Of a stretch of DNA of 64,000 nucleotides, positions 28,708 to 38,115 are shown piece by piece. The stretch covers positions 148,624 through 212,623 of the forward strand of contig JANYDA010000032.1 in the NCBI GenBank assembly GCA_025360005.1. Direction: 5' to 3'. A model generated the notes under the pieces. It saw only the letters and a program-made list of their open reading frames with translations, was not told the origin of the DNA and searched no databases. Within the stretch, counting starts at the first letter, position 1, and the number at the start of each line of letters is the position of its first letter. A program made the translations under genes and the position numbers. The DNA comes from Fibrobacteria bacterium (GTDB lineage: Bacteria; Fibrobacterota; Fibrobacteria; UBA11236).

Positions 28708-29885
28708 TTTCCATTTTCCCGGCCCGGATCGTTGCCGGGTTCATCGGCTTATCCGGATCGGCATTCGCTTTCAAGGCAGGGCCGGCGGCCGCTTTATCAA
28801 AGCGATTGATTGCCGTGGCCGGAACGGCGTTCGCCAGCCTGATGGGGTTTCCCGTCCTGGCCGGCGCGGACGGACCTGGCCCAAAGCCCATCGATCTGCA
28901 CGGCAAATACCTGGATTGCCATGCGCATACCGCCGGCATCGGCGCCAAAGGCAGCGGCTGTTTCATCTCTCCCAAATTGCGCTCCAGCTATAAGTTCCCA
29001 ATCTACCTCAAGGCATTCGGCGTAGACGAAAAGGAATTGGCGCAAAAGGGCGACAGCCTTTTGCCCAACCGGATCTCCGCCCGCCTGGCGGAATCGAAAA
29101 CGGTAGGCGCGGCCGTGCTATTGGCCTTGGACGGAGTGGTGGATTCCGCCGGCGATATGGATACCGCGCGCACGCAAATCTATCTGCCGGACGCCTTCAT
29201 CGCGGCCGAAACGCGCAAGCATGGCAACCTGCTGTTCGGCGCCAGCGTGAATCCAAGGCGCAAGGATGCCCTGGAAAGGTTGCGGCGCGATAAGGCGGAC
29301 GGCGCCGTGCTGGTGAAATGGATCCCGTCCATCATGGATATCGATCCCGCCGACAGCGCCAACATCCCTTTCTACCTGGCCATGAAGGAATCGGGCCTGC
29401 CGCTGTTGACGCATACGGGCACGGAGAACTCCTTCCTGGGCGCCAGGGACAGCCTCTGCGATCCGTTCCGGTTGGAATTGCCCCTTAACCTGGGAGTTAC
29501 CGTCATCGCCGCGCACGTGGGAACGCCGGGGAAAAGCCATGGCCAGGAAAACATGGAAAGGGCCCTGATCATGACGGCCAAGCATGCCAACCTGTACGCG
29601 GATATCTCGTCGCTTACCCAGATCAACAAGTTCGGCTACCTGCAAAAGATCCTGCCCCGCAAGGAAGTCCGGGGCCGGCTCCTCTATGGGACCGATTTCC
29701 CGCTGATCGAAACGGCCCTGGTATCGCCGTTCTATTATACCTGGCGCGCCCCCTTTAGCAAGTTGCGCGCGGCCGCGCGGGAAAGCAATCCCTGGGATCG
29801 CGATGTGGCTTTGAAGAAGGCGTTGGGGGTCCCGGAGGATGTCTTCACACGTTCGGCGCTTTTGCTCTTGCCGCCGCCGAAATAG
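28704..29885 (+). CDS. Amidohydrolase family protein (amidohydro_2-like)
   Basis: LDCHAH, LLTHTG, VIAAHVG, LLYGTDFP; start uncertain. Confidence 0.85.
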   Translation: MISIFPARIVAGFIGLSGSAFAFKAGPAAALSKRLIAVAGTAFASLMGFPVLAGADGPGPKPIDLHGKYLDCHAHTAGIGAKGSGCFISPKLRSSYKFPIYLKAFGVDEKELAQKGDSLLPNRISARLAESKTVGAAVLLALDGVVDSAGDMDTARTQIYLPDAFIAAETRKHGNLLFGASVNPRRKDALERLRRDKADGAVLVKWIPSIMDIDPADSANIPFYLAMKESGLPLLTHTGTENSFLGARDSLCDPFRLELPLNLGVTVIAAHVGTPGKSHGQENMERALIMTAKHANLYADISSLTQINKFGYLQKILPRKEVRGRLLYGTDFPLIETALVSPFYYTWRAPFSKLRAAARESNPWDRDVALKKALGVPEDVFTRSALLLLPPPK

Positions 29886-29925
29886 GCTGAGGCCGTCAGT
29901 CCGGCTTCCCCCCGCTCCGCGTCCT

Positions 29926-30516
29926 CTAATTGGAAACCTTGCGCTCGATCCAGTTCTCGTTGGCGGCCCTGTCCGGATCCCGGCCATACAGGCCCACCAG
30001 TTCGCCGCGATCGATGATATGCCCCTTGATGGCGCCGTCCAATTGCGCCTTGGTCGCCCGCGAAGCCAGCTCCAGCTTGATGTCCAGGGCATAGATGCGG
30101 AACAGGTAGCGATGCACGCCCCAACGCGGACAAGGGCCCTCCCAGGCGGGCAATTCATAATCGGTATCGCCTTCCACGGATCCGTCGGGAACGCTGTTCT
30201 CGCTGATCACGCGGGTGCCCGCGTCCATGTTCCAAACCGTCCAATGCACCCAATCGCCCACCAGCGCGTCCGGGTCTTCCATGATCAGGACCAGGCTGAG
30301 CGCCTTTTGCGTGACGCCTTTGATATGCAGGGGAGGACTGACGTTCTCGCCGTCGCAGGTGTATTTGTCGGGGATGTACCCGTTCTCCAGGAAAGCGGGG
30401 CTATATATCTGGAGTCCCCAGGATTTGCCGAAGATGGGTTCATGCGAACGGTCTCCGTACGTCCAGGCGACGGGAGCCGCTCCCAACAGGCAAACGAAAA
30501 AGGCGGACGTCTTCAT
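29926..30516 (-). CDS. YbhB/YbcL (PEBP/Raf kinase inhibitor-like) protein with signal peptide
   Basis: IPDKYTCDGENVSPPL, MEDPDA, WVHW, GPCP, HRYLFRIYALD. Confidence 0.92.
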   Translation of the reverse strand: MKTSAFFVCLLGAAPVAWTYGDRSHEPIFGKSWGLQIYSPAFLENGYIPDKYTCDGENVSPPLHIKGVTQKALSLVLIMEDPDALVGDWVHWTVWNMDAGTRVISENSVPDGSVEGDTDYELPAWEGPCPRWGVHRYLFRIYALDIKLELASRATKAQLDGAIKGHIIDRGELVGLYGRDPDRAANENWIERKVSN

Positions 30517-30689
30517 GCCCCCTCCGGGTATTTGTTTCCCCAGCGCTTATTATGAGAATAACGCCTTTCCGGGAACGGCAGCAAGGATTGCGGAAGGAAT
30601 TTTGGGGAAGCGGCGGAACTTGGGCGCCCATTAAAGGGGCCGGATAAAGCGTCCTCGCGTTTCAAACGGAATTTGCCGCCGCCTTGCGG

Positions 30690-30736
30690 CCCTACCCCCT
30701 GGAGGTCCCGTGGTTAGGGGCTTTCAGGGGGTGGGG
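30690..30736 (+). repeat. 20-bp uninterrupted intergenic hairpin with four G-U pairs
   Basis: CCCTACCCCCTGGAGGTCCC-GTGGTTA-GGGGCTTTCAGGGGGTGGGG. Confidence 0.75.
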
Positions 30737-30753
30737 GCGCATTCATGGAGTTA

Positions 30754-32325
30754 TCACCAAGTGTAGCGGATGGTATAGGCCACCGTTTTTTCCTTGTCGG
30801 GAGCCAGCTTAACGGGAAAGCGGATGGTGGATTGATCCACTTTTTCAAAGGGAACGCCGGTTTTCACTATCTCCCATTGGCTCCAGCGCCAGGGATGCTC
30901 CATCACCATTACGTCCACGGTTTCCTTCTTATGATTGCGCACCTTGATCTCGAAGGACTCCTCCACCGCATGCCCGGAGGCGAGGGTGCGGAAATCCGTC
31001 TGCGCGCGTTGCCCTACCACATCGAAAGCGTTGCCCAGGTAAAGCCGCACTTCTTCGTCTTTGGGGGTATGGTCAAGCTGGTCCTCGCCCACGAATTGCT
31101 CGCGGCCGTCATCATCCTGCTTATATACGCGCACCTTGCCCTTGGGAAGCGGCATCCCCAGGCCGGACTTCTCATCGTTGCGGAAGGTCATGTATACGCC
31201 CACCTTGGCGTTTGATTGTTCCCCCATGCTTTGCTGGCTGCGGTAATTGGCGTTGTTGATCCAATAGCGCCAGCTTTGATCCATGCCATCGTAGATCAGA
31301 AGCTTACGCGCGGCCGCGTTCACGGCGGACACCAATTCTATCTGCTTGCTCTCGTTATTGCCCACGTCCGTGCGGCGCTGCAGGCTGTAGATCTTGTATT
31401 CGAATAATTCCTTCTGCTGGAATTGCGGCGCGGGAGCGGCTGCCAGCTTCATCGCCCCTCGCGCCTGGAAACCGTCCGCGTATTCCGGCTCGCGCACGAT
31501 GTTCACGTCTCCGGCCACCAGCTTGAGGCCCGCGTTCTTGAAGGCGGTCCCGGAATTGTTCACCAAGGTGACCCAACCCGTAAGGTCCAGCTTGTCGTCC
31601 GTCTTGTTCAGCAAGGCCACGTAGTCGCAGCTCCAGGAAATGCTGTTGGCCAGGTAACTGATCTCGGCGCGTTGTTCGCCTTCCTTGGCGGAGATGAGCA
31701 GCCATTCCAATTGCGGCTTCAGGATCAGGCCTTCCGGCAGGCTCGGCAGCACCAGTCTGCCCGCGGGATTCAATTCGATCTTGCCGCCGATTTCCGCCAC
31801 CAAGCCGGGATTGTTCGCGCCTCCCCCGCCGTATTGCTCCGGGTTCCCGCCCACCGCCAGGATGCGGCCGGCAACGGAATACTCTTTCTTCCTATCGGGA
31901 TCCGGACGAAGGAATTCCACCTCCTTGCCCAGGTATTTTTCCAAGAGCTTGGCCTGGTTCACCAAATCGTATTGGTAATTCTGTTCCAGCACGCGGAGAC
32001 CGGCGGGATCGCCGAGTCCGGCGAAATGCAGGGAAGTGGGATCGAGGGTGGCCGGGATGTCCGGAACTTGCACGCGGTTGGCGCCTTTCCCCAGGGAAAG
32101 GGTCCGTTCTTCCCGCACCAGGGAAAGACCGGCATTGTAAACGGTAATGTCCACCGTTTTCCTTTCGCTGGCCTGGCGAGCGGGCAATCCGGCCCTGGAC
32201 GCGGGGCCGTCTTCCTTAGCCGCCGCAGACGCGGTAACGATAGCCAGCAGCATGGTCGCCGCGGTCCGCTTGGACAACAAGGATGGGAACAAGCCAAGCC
32301 GGGATTTTGCCGGGAAGGAATTCAT
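30754..32325 (-). CDS. Secreted DUF4139 (DUF4140) domain protein
   Basis: ITVYNAGLSLVREER, LEQNYQYDL, GWVTLVNNSG, GMPLPKGKVRVY, FVGED..HTPKDE. Confidence 0.88.
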   Translation of the reverse strand: MNSFPAKSRLGLFPSLLSKRTAATMLLAIVTASAAAKEDGPASRAGLPARQASERKTVDITVYNAGLSLVREERTLSLGKGANRVQVPDIPATLDPTSLHFAGLGDPAGLRVLEQNYQYDLVNQAKLLEKYLGKEVEFLRPDPDRKKEYSVAGRILAVGGNPEQYGGGGANNPGLVAEIGGKIELNPAGRLVLPSLPEGLILKPQLEWLLISAKEGEQRAEISYLANSISWSCDYVALLNKTDDKLDLTGWVTLVNNSGTAFKNAGLKLVAGDVNIVREPEYADGFQARGAMKLAAAPAPQFQQKELFEYKIYSLQRRTDVGNNESKQIELVSAVNAAARKLLIYDGMDQSWRYWINNANYRSQQSMGEQSNAKVGVYMTFRNDEKSGLGMPLPKGKVRVYKQDDDGREQFVGEDQLDHTPKDEEVRLYLGNAFDVVGQRAQTDFRTLASGHAVEESFEIKVRNHKKETVDVMVMEHPWRWSQWEIVKTGVPFEKVDQSTIRFPVKLAPDKEKTVAYTIRYTW

Positions 32326-32408
32326 CGCCTACCGCCTTTATGAATAGAAGTAATCGAATGGAAGCGATCGCATCGGATTGATCGCCTGGAATAAATTGCC
32401 GTGCCGCC

Positions 32409-33851
32409 TCAACTCTGCACCGCCGCAGCGGCAGGGACGCTATGGAAAGCCAGCACGGGCATTTGCCTTTCCACGTCCATGGGCAGGATGTCCGGATTCT
32501 CCCCGTAGCCGCAACTCACGCGGACGCTGCCGCGCGGCGCCCTGCCCAGGAAGAGCTTCACGGAATCGCGGTGGAAATAAAGCAGCTTGTCGATGGGGAT
32601 TACTCCATCGTCATCTTCCGCGCGGAAAGGGCCGGCCTTAGGATCCTGGGATTCCAACCGGCTCATCACCGGCGCGAAGCGGAGGCGCACCACCTGCCCG
32701 CCTTCCAAGGCGGAGTCGATCAGATCGGGCGCCCGCCACTCCACGGCAGGCTGAGCGCCCGCGGTCGAGCGCGCAAGAGGCGGGAAAGCGCCCAAGGCGC
32801 AACGGGCCAAGCGCGCGCCCAGGATCAGGTTGCCGCCGGTGCCGATGTGGATGGTGTCGTCCAAGGGCAGATCCAGGGCGGGCGTGACGGTGATGCGGGC
32901 ATCCCGCAAAGCCGCCTGGCGTTGGGCCTCCCGCACCTGGGACCATTCCCTATCCTCTCCGCCCGGATTTTCCGAACGGTAACGCGCGAGTTGCACCGTG
33001 AGCACCGGCAGGTCCGGCAACGCCAGCTTTCCGCGCCAGCCCGATGCGTACGACAGGAAGCGTTCCAGATAATCGGCGGCCTTGCCCGGTTCCGTATCGG
33101 ACTCGCCTTGATACCAAAGCATGCCCTTTATCCGGCCGCCCGCCTTCTCCACCATGGCCTTGGCGTTGGCGAAAAGGATTCCCTCCTCGGGATGCCAGGT
33201 TTGCAAAGGGGATCCGCCCAAGGCGGCGGGCAACAAGCCTATGGGATGGCCGAGCTCGCGTTTCAAAGCCCGGGCGAAGTGCAGGAAAGGCGAGTGCCCG
33301 GTGTTGTAGGTCTCGCGCGAAGCCGGAAAAGCGGTGGCAGTGGCGTCGCTCAGCGGGTGGGCCGCCAGCGACCAGGATCCATTATGCCGCAACATGTGCA
33401 GCCCCAGCTCCGGACCGTCATCGTAGGCGCCGCGGCCGTAGCCGCCGGCATTGCTCTGTCCCGCGATGAGCCATAGATCCCCCACTCCCAGGAAATGCCG
33501 CATGTCCCCCCGCAGGGACCATTCGCCCAACTTATTGCCCTTGGGATTGAAGCGCGTTTCCAAACGGTAGGGTCCGCCTGCGGGCACGGGATAAAGCTCC
33601 CCGTTCCAACGCCCATCCGCGCTGGTCTCGGCGGCCGTCCAATTAAGGTCCCCGCTTACGGGCGCGCCGGTGGCTTCCCACACCAAACGCATTTCCACGC
33701 TGCCGCCGGAAGCGCCCAGCAATCCCATGGATTCCTTCGCGGCCCAGCTTCCGGAGAGGCGCATGCGCGCGTGGCCCGCCGCGTCCTGCTGCAGCACTTG
33801 CCAATCGTCCGGCCCGCTTTCGATGGATGCGCCCCAGGGTTTGTCGGCCAT
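32409..33851 (-). CDS. Sialate O-acetylesterase / CE6-like SGNH carbohydrate esterase
   Basis: VGDLWLIAGQSN, MLWYQGESD, VREAQR, DTIH. Confidence 0.88.
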   Translation of the reverse strand: MADKPWGASIESGPDDWQVLQQDAAGHARMRLSGSWAAKESMGLLGASGGSVEMRLVWEATGAPVSGDLNWTAAETSADGRWNGELYPVPAGGPYRLETRFNPKGNKLGEWSLRGDMRHFLGVGDLWLIAGQSNAGGYGRGAYDDGPELGLHMLRHNGSWSLAAHPLSDATATAFPASRETYNTGHSPFLHFARALKRELGHPIGLLPAALGGSPLQTWHPEEGILFANAKAMVEKAGGRIKGMLWYQGESDTEPGKAADYLERFLSYASGWRGKLALPDLPVLTVQLARYRSENPGGEDREWSQVREAQRQAALRDARITVTPALDLPLDDTIHIGTGGNLILGARLARCALGAFPPLARSTAGAQPAVEWRAPDLIDSALEGGQVVRLRFAPVMSRLESQDPKAGPFRAEDDDGVIPIDKLLYFHRDSVKLFLGRAPRGSVRVSCGYGENPDILPMDVERQMPVLAFHSVPAAAAVQS

Positions 33852-33900
33852 GCCCGAAATCTAGGAAGTTCGGCCCCGCCTATCTATTTTGGTACCCGGC

Positions 33901-34170
33901 ATGTTACTCCACTACGATATCCGCGTTTCCGGCAAGGTCCATGGCGTCTTCTTCCGCGCCTCCGCGCGCAGCCAGGCCGATCGCCTGGGCCTGCAAGGCT
34001 TCGCCCGCAACGAGGAGGACGGCACCGTATATATCGAAGTGGAAGGCCCGCGGGAGAATCTGGATGAATTCCTGACCTGGTGCCGGCAGGGCCCGCCGCA
34101 TGCGCGAGTGGATTCGGTCAAGGCTACCACCGGGGAAGCGCAAGCCTTCCGCGGATTCCACGTGCGCTGA
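33901..34170 (+). CDS. acyP: Acylphosphatase
   Basis: VSGKVHGVFFR, GFARNEEDGTV, GPPHARV. Confidence 0.93.
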   Translation: MLLHYDIRVSGKVHGVFFRASARSQADRLGLQGFARNEEDGTVYIEVEGPRENLDEFLTWCRQGPPHARVDSVKATTGEAQAFRGFHVR

Positions 34171-34195
34171 ATCGCGAGCCGCGATCGCCTCAACC

Positions 34196-35218
34196 CTATT
34201 CCGACGCCTTCCGCGCCCCTCTTCTCAACAAGGCGGCCAGCAAGCCTTTACTGGAGGTGATCTCGTATCCCAACAGCATCAACAAGGCGATGGCGAAGGG
34301 CACCACGTAATAGGCCAGCCGATAGGCCAGTAAAGCCCCCAGTACCGGATAGGCCGGGATGGCGGGCGTGAGAACCGCCACGGAGGCCCCTTCGAAGATC
34401 CCCAGGCTTCCCGGCACGGGGATGAACATCACCACGAACTTGATGGCCATGTAGGTTCCCAGGAAAGCGAAGAGGTTCTCGAAGCCGGCCGCCTTCAGCG
34501 CATCGGCCGGGAGCGCGAAATACAACGTCCCCGCCGCGAACGCGAAATGGATGCAGGCCGCGGCGATTTGCAGAATGAACAGCAACTGCGCGGGACGCGC
34601 CAGCTTGAGCTTGCCCAAGGACAGCACTTCCCCGCGCGCGAACCCGTTCCAGATCAACAACAGGACGGTGGGCAGCACCAGCATCCAACCGAGCGTTTGC
34701 TGCGGGAAAGGAAGCTTGATGCCGGCCGGCAATTGCACGGGCGCGATGATTTGCGCCGCCCCGGCGAACAGGAACAGGCCGTTGGCGAAGGCCAATTTGG
34801 AGAGCGCGATGAACTGGGTCACTTGCAACGGGGAATATCCCCACGCCAGGTAGAAGCGGTAGCGCAGGGACGTGCCCGTGATCAGGGAGAAGCCGATATT
34901 GTTGGTGAAGGCGTTGGCGATGCATCCGGCCCAGGCCGCGCGCGCCGGCCCGATGCGGATGCGCACGGATTCGGCCGCCAGGTAATCGTAGCCGGTCTGG
35001 GCAAGGTAGCTCAACGCCGTGAAAAGCAGCGCCAGGGCGATACGGTGGCCGGGGATGAGGCCCACGCGCTGGACCACTTCGCGCATGTCGTAGGCGCGTA
35101 GGGTCCTCCCGAACATCCACAAGGCCAATGCCAACAAAGACAAACCAAGGAAGACGCCCGCCCAGGACACCAATTTGTTACGGAGGCCGTTGGGCTTGTC
35201 CTGGGAATTTACCGGCAT
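34196..35218 (-). CDS. Lysylphosphatidylglycerol synthase TM / flippase-like membrane protein (MprF N-terminal-like)
   Basis: Multi-TM; TGYD, NNIGFSLITGTSLRYRFY, VPGSLGIFE, LLAYRLAYY. Confidence 0.85.
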   Translation of the reverse strand: MPVNSQDKPNGLRNKLVSWAGVFLGLSLLALALWMFGRTLRAYDMREVVQRVGLIPGHRIALALLFTALSYLAQTGYDYLAAESVRIRIGPARAAWAGCIANAFTNNIGFSLITGTSLRYRFYLAWGYSPLQVTQFIALSKLAFANGLFLFAGAAQIIAPVQLPAGIKLPFPQQTLGWMLVLPTVLLLIWNGFARGEVLSLGKLKLARPAQLLFILQIAAACIHFAFAAGTLYFALPADALKAAGFENLFAFLGTYMAIKFVVMFIPVPGSLGIFEGASVAVLTPAIPAYPVLGALLAYRLAYYVVPFAIALLMLLGYEITSSKGLLAALLRRGARKASE

Positions 35219-35241
35219 GGAATCCTAAGTGAGGCTGGAGG

Positions 35242-35697
35242 TCAGCGTTTTACGAACTTGACCCACTCATCGGAGGATTGGTCGTCTTGATCGAGCAATT
35301 CGAAAGAAGTCATGGTCACCCCGCGGATTAGGCGCCGGGTACGTTTTTCCACCTTATCGGATCGCCAATCCTCCGTGTTGCAATCGGGACGCTGGCGGAT
35401 TTCCGTCAAATGGAATTCCATGGACTCGTTATCGCAGATCCAGTCCCCCTTGTACTCCGTCATGAAGCAGCTTCCCTGGAATTTCTTCTTGGAGTAGGTG
35501 CCCGTCTGGTTCAGGCTCAGCTTCACGGAAAGCCCCGAGTCCAGGGCGGTAGCGGTATAGACGCCATAGGCCAGCACATTGTCGGGCGTCCCCGCCACGC
35601 GCACGGATTTCCTGGCGCAGCCTGAGGCCAGCGACATTAACAGCACCAGCGACACTAGCAACAGGCCGGTAAAGACGGCGTGGATCCGGTATTTCAT
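35242..35697 (-). CDS. Hypothetical lipoprotein
   Basis: Lipobox LASGC after a hydrophobic stretch; GAGG upstream. Confidence 0.7.
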   Translation of the reverse strand: MKYRIHAVFTGLLLVSLVLLMSLASGCARKSVRVAGTPDNVLAYGVYTATALDSGLSVKLSLNQTGTYSKKKFQGSCFMTEYKGDWICDNESMEFHLTEIRQRPDCNTEDWRSDKVEKRTRRLIRGVTMTSFELLDQDDQSSDEWVKFVKR

Positions 35698-35776
35698 AGC
35701 GTACCTCAACCGTTGGGCTCCGTTAAGGTAGCAATTCCCCCTGGCAAATCCGCGGGTTGCCCAAGGCGGGGCGGCT

Positions 35777-36145
35777 TCAGCGCCTGTTCCTCTGTTGGCG
35801 ATGTTCGCGCATCCACATCTTGATGACCGCACCGATCGCGCTGTAATCAGGGACGTCCGGATTGATTTCCGTAGCCAGTAACCTGGCCGCGTCCTTGGCG
35901 CCGGCTACGAATCCGCGGGCCGCATCATGCTGCGGCGCCAATGCTTCCATCATGCTCATGCCCAAGGTGCGGACTTGCGGATTGGGGGATTCCCAGAATC
36001 CCAGCGCCATCTTGTAGGTCACGGCCGGCGTTTGCACGGAGGCAAGGATTTCCCCGGCTTCGCGGATATGCTCTAAAGGATACTTCCCGCTTTCCAGCCG
36101 GCGTACCAGTTCCGCGATTTCCTGTTGGGCGGGTTCTTCGGTCAT
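35777..36145 (-). CDS. Hypothetical protein
   Basis: 122-aa ORF with normal codon bias; TAGAAT 8 nt upstream. Confidence 0.65.
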   Translation of the reverse strand: MTEEPAQQEIAELVRRLESGKYPLEHIREAGEILASVQTPAVTYKMALGFWESPNPQVRTLGMSMMEALAPQHDAARGFVAGAKDAARLLATEINPDVPDYSAIGAVIKMWMREHRQQRNRR

Positions 36146-36235
36146 ACGCTTCCATTCTAAGGGGTGGAAGGCGAAGGGGCAACATGCGATCGCGCGGATC
36201 GGGCGCGCGGACGCGTCAAGAGGGAGGCCGGGGCG

Positions 36236-36757
36236 TCAACCCCAACTGACTATGTTCTGGTCCACCAAGTAGCCGCATTTTTCGCATTGCGGGTTGTGCA
36301 GGGAAATGGAGCTGTTCTCGCAATGCGGGCACACATTGGTATCCAAAAGCAGCTTGATCTCCTTGCCCATGCGGTATCCGCATTCGCGGCATTCCCGGAT
36401 GCGGGACTTGAAGCTCCAGCGGGACCAGCAATTGGGGCAATGATCATGCGGCACCTTCATCAGTTCGCCGTCCACGATGTACTTGGCGGGAGACGATTCG
36501 GAAGTGGAAAGATAGGGCCGATCCCCGTCCATGCAGGTGATGCCTCCATCGGTGGTTTTCAAGGACTTGTCGCGGTTCTCATCGAACACTTCCACGGAAA
36601 AATTGACGGTGATGGAATAGCCCTTGGGAAGCGCGGCGGAGATCTCCTTCAGTTTGTCCTCGACCTTGGCCAGCGCCTGTTCGCGGTAAAGCCGCTTCAG
36701 CTCGGTGAAAAGCGTGTCGGCCAGGTCATGGGTAAGGTCGTAAGTCTGAACATCCAT
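36236..36757 (-). CDS. Hypothetical protein with four CxxC motifs (double zinc ribbon-like)
   Basis: CPNC, CREC, CPHC, CEKC. Confidence 0.75.
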   Translation of the reverse strand: MDVQTYDLTHDLADTLFTELKRLYREQALAKVEDKLKEISAALPKGYSITVNFSVEVFDENRDKSLKTTDGGITCMDGDRPYLSTSESSPAKYIVDGELMKVPHDHCPNCWSRWSFKSRIRECRECGYRMGKEIKLLLDTNVCPHCENSSISLHNPQCEKCGYLVDQNIVSWG

Positions 36758-36976
36758 CTTATACCCCAGTCGGAGAAGTAATACCGATACGGAGAAAAAT
36801 ACTCATCAGCCTTCCTTGAAATTAGGTTAAAAATGATGGCATGGAAGGGACTACGCCTTGCCCCGATGTCGCGAATATCGTCAAAACCGGAAAGGACGGA
36901 AAGGAAGAGCTTAAACCTTTTGCGAATCTTGGTTCTTGAGCGGGAACGGAAAACCCAAAATCATGAAACCATGCTA

Positions 36977-38098
36977 TCAGTAACGGAAGTCCACGATCAC
37001 GATCTGGGAATCCGTCCCGACCCGTAATGGCGGGCCCCAGAACCCCGTGCCGGTATTCACGATAAGATCGGTTTCCCTTCCCAACGCGTATTTTCCCGCC
37101 AGGTATTTGAAAGACAGGCGCACCAATGCGCGGAAGGGGAACACCTGGCCGGCATGCGTATGCCCGCTGAAGATTAAATCCACGCGGCGCGCCTGCGCAG
37201 GCTCCAGATTCTTGGGCTGGTGGGCCAGCAAAAATGCAGGCATATCGTGATCAATATCACGCAAGGATTTTTCCAGATCGGAGGTGACGCCCAAGCGGGC
37301 GAAACGGCGGGCGGAAGGGTCGTGGATGCCGGCGATTTGCAAACCGGAAGCCGTGGAGCGGATTTCATTGGCCAGCACGGGAATGCCCGCAGCCGTCATC
37401 AGGGCCAGGAAGCGGGGCAGACCGGCGTAGAATTCATGGTTGCCGCTCACGGCGAAGGCGCCTTGCTTGGGCGTCAACTTGGCCAGGATGGCGGCCGCTT
37501 CCCCATCGGACGGGAATTCCGGGTCGATAAGATCGCCCGTGATGAAAACCAGATCCGGCTCCAAAGCGTTTATGCGCGCGACCAGGGAGGCCAGGAAATC
37601 CGTCCCCAAGGTCAGCCCCAGGTGCACGTCGGAAATCTGGACGATGCGGGCGGTGAGGTTTTTCCCGTACCGTTCCGACCGGTCGATAGCGTAACGGACT
37701 TCCCTGGGAGCGCGCAGGGCGTTGAACAGGCCCCATGCTATCATGACCGTCACCGCCAAGGCCGTGGCCAGGATCCACCGTGCGGGATCGTCCGCGGAAG
37801 GCAGCCCCGCCAAACCGGCCAGATGGCGGAGACCGGAAGCGATCAGGAACCAGAAGCTGAAGAGGAAGACCGTTCCCATCCAGAAGGCGGCTATCCAATA
37901 GAGAACGCGCGTAACGGGATTGCGCCATCTCAGCGTGAACAGCCTCAGGAAGGGAAAGCTTAGGGACAAGGCCCACAGCGCGGGGACCAATATCGCCTTG
38001 CTGAAGCCGAGGGCGGAAAGATTGTGGTAAACGTACCAGTGCATGAGCGACCAGGCGCTCAGAACGGAGAGGATGAAAAACGGAATCGCGAGCCTCAT
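36977..38098 (-). CDS. Membrane-bound metallophosphoesterase (YkuE/YaeI-like)
   Basis: N-terminal TMs; QISDVH, ITGDLID, SGNHE, LAHQP, SGHTHAGQ. Confidence 0.92.
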   Translation of the reverse strand: MRLAIPFFILSVLSAWSLMHWYVYHNLSALGFSKAILVPALWALSLSFPFLRLFTLRWRNPVTRVLYWIAAFWMGTVFLFSFWFLIASGLRHLAGLAGLPSADDPARWILATALAVTVMIAWGLFNALRAPREVRYAIDRSERYGKNLTARIVQISDVHLGLTLGTDFLASLVARINALEPDLVFITGDLIDPEFPSDGEAAAILAKLTPKQGAFAVSGNHEFYAGLPRFLALMTAAGIPVLANEIRSTASGLQIAGIHDPSARRFARLGVTSDLEKSLRDIDHDMPAFLLAHQPKNLEPAQARRVDLIFSGHTHAGQVFPFRALVRLSFKYLAGKYALGRETDLIVNTGTGFWGPPLRVGTDSQIVIVDFRY

Positions 38099-38115
38099 CC
38101 CAGCTTCTTCCCGGT

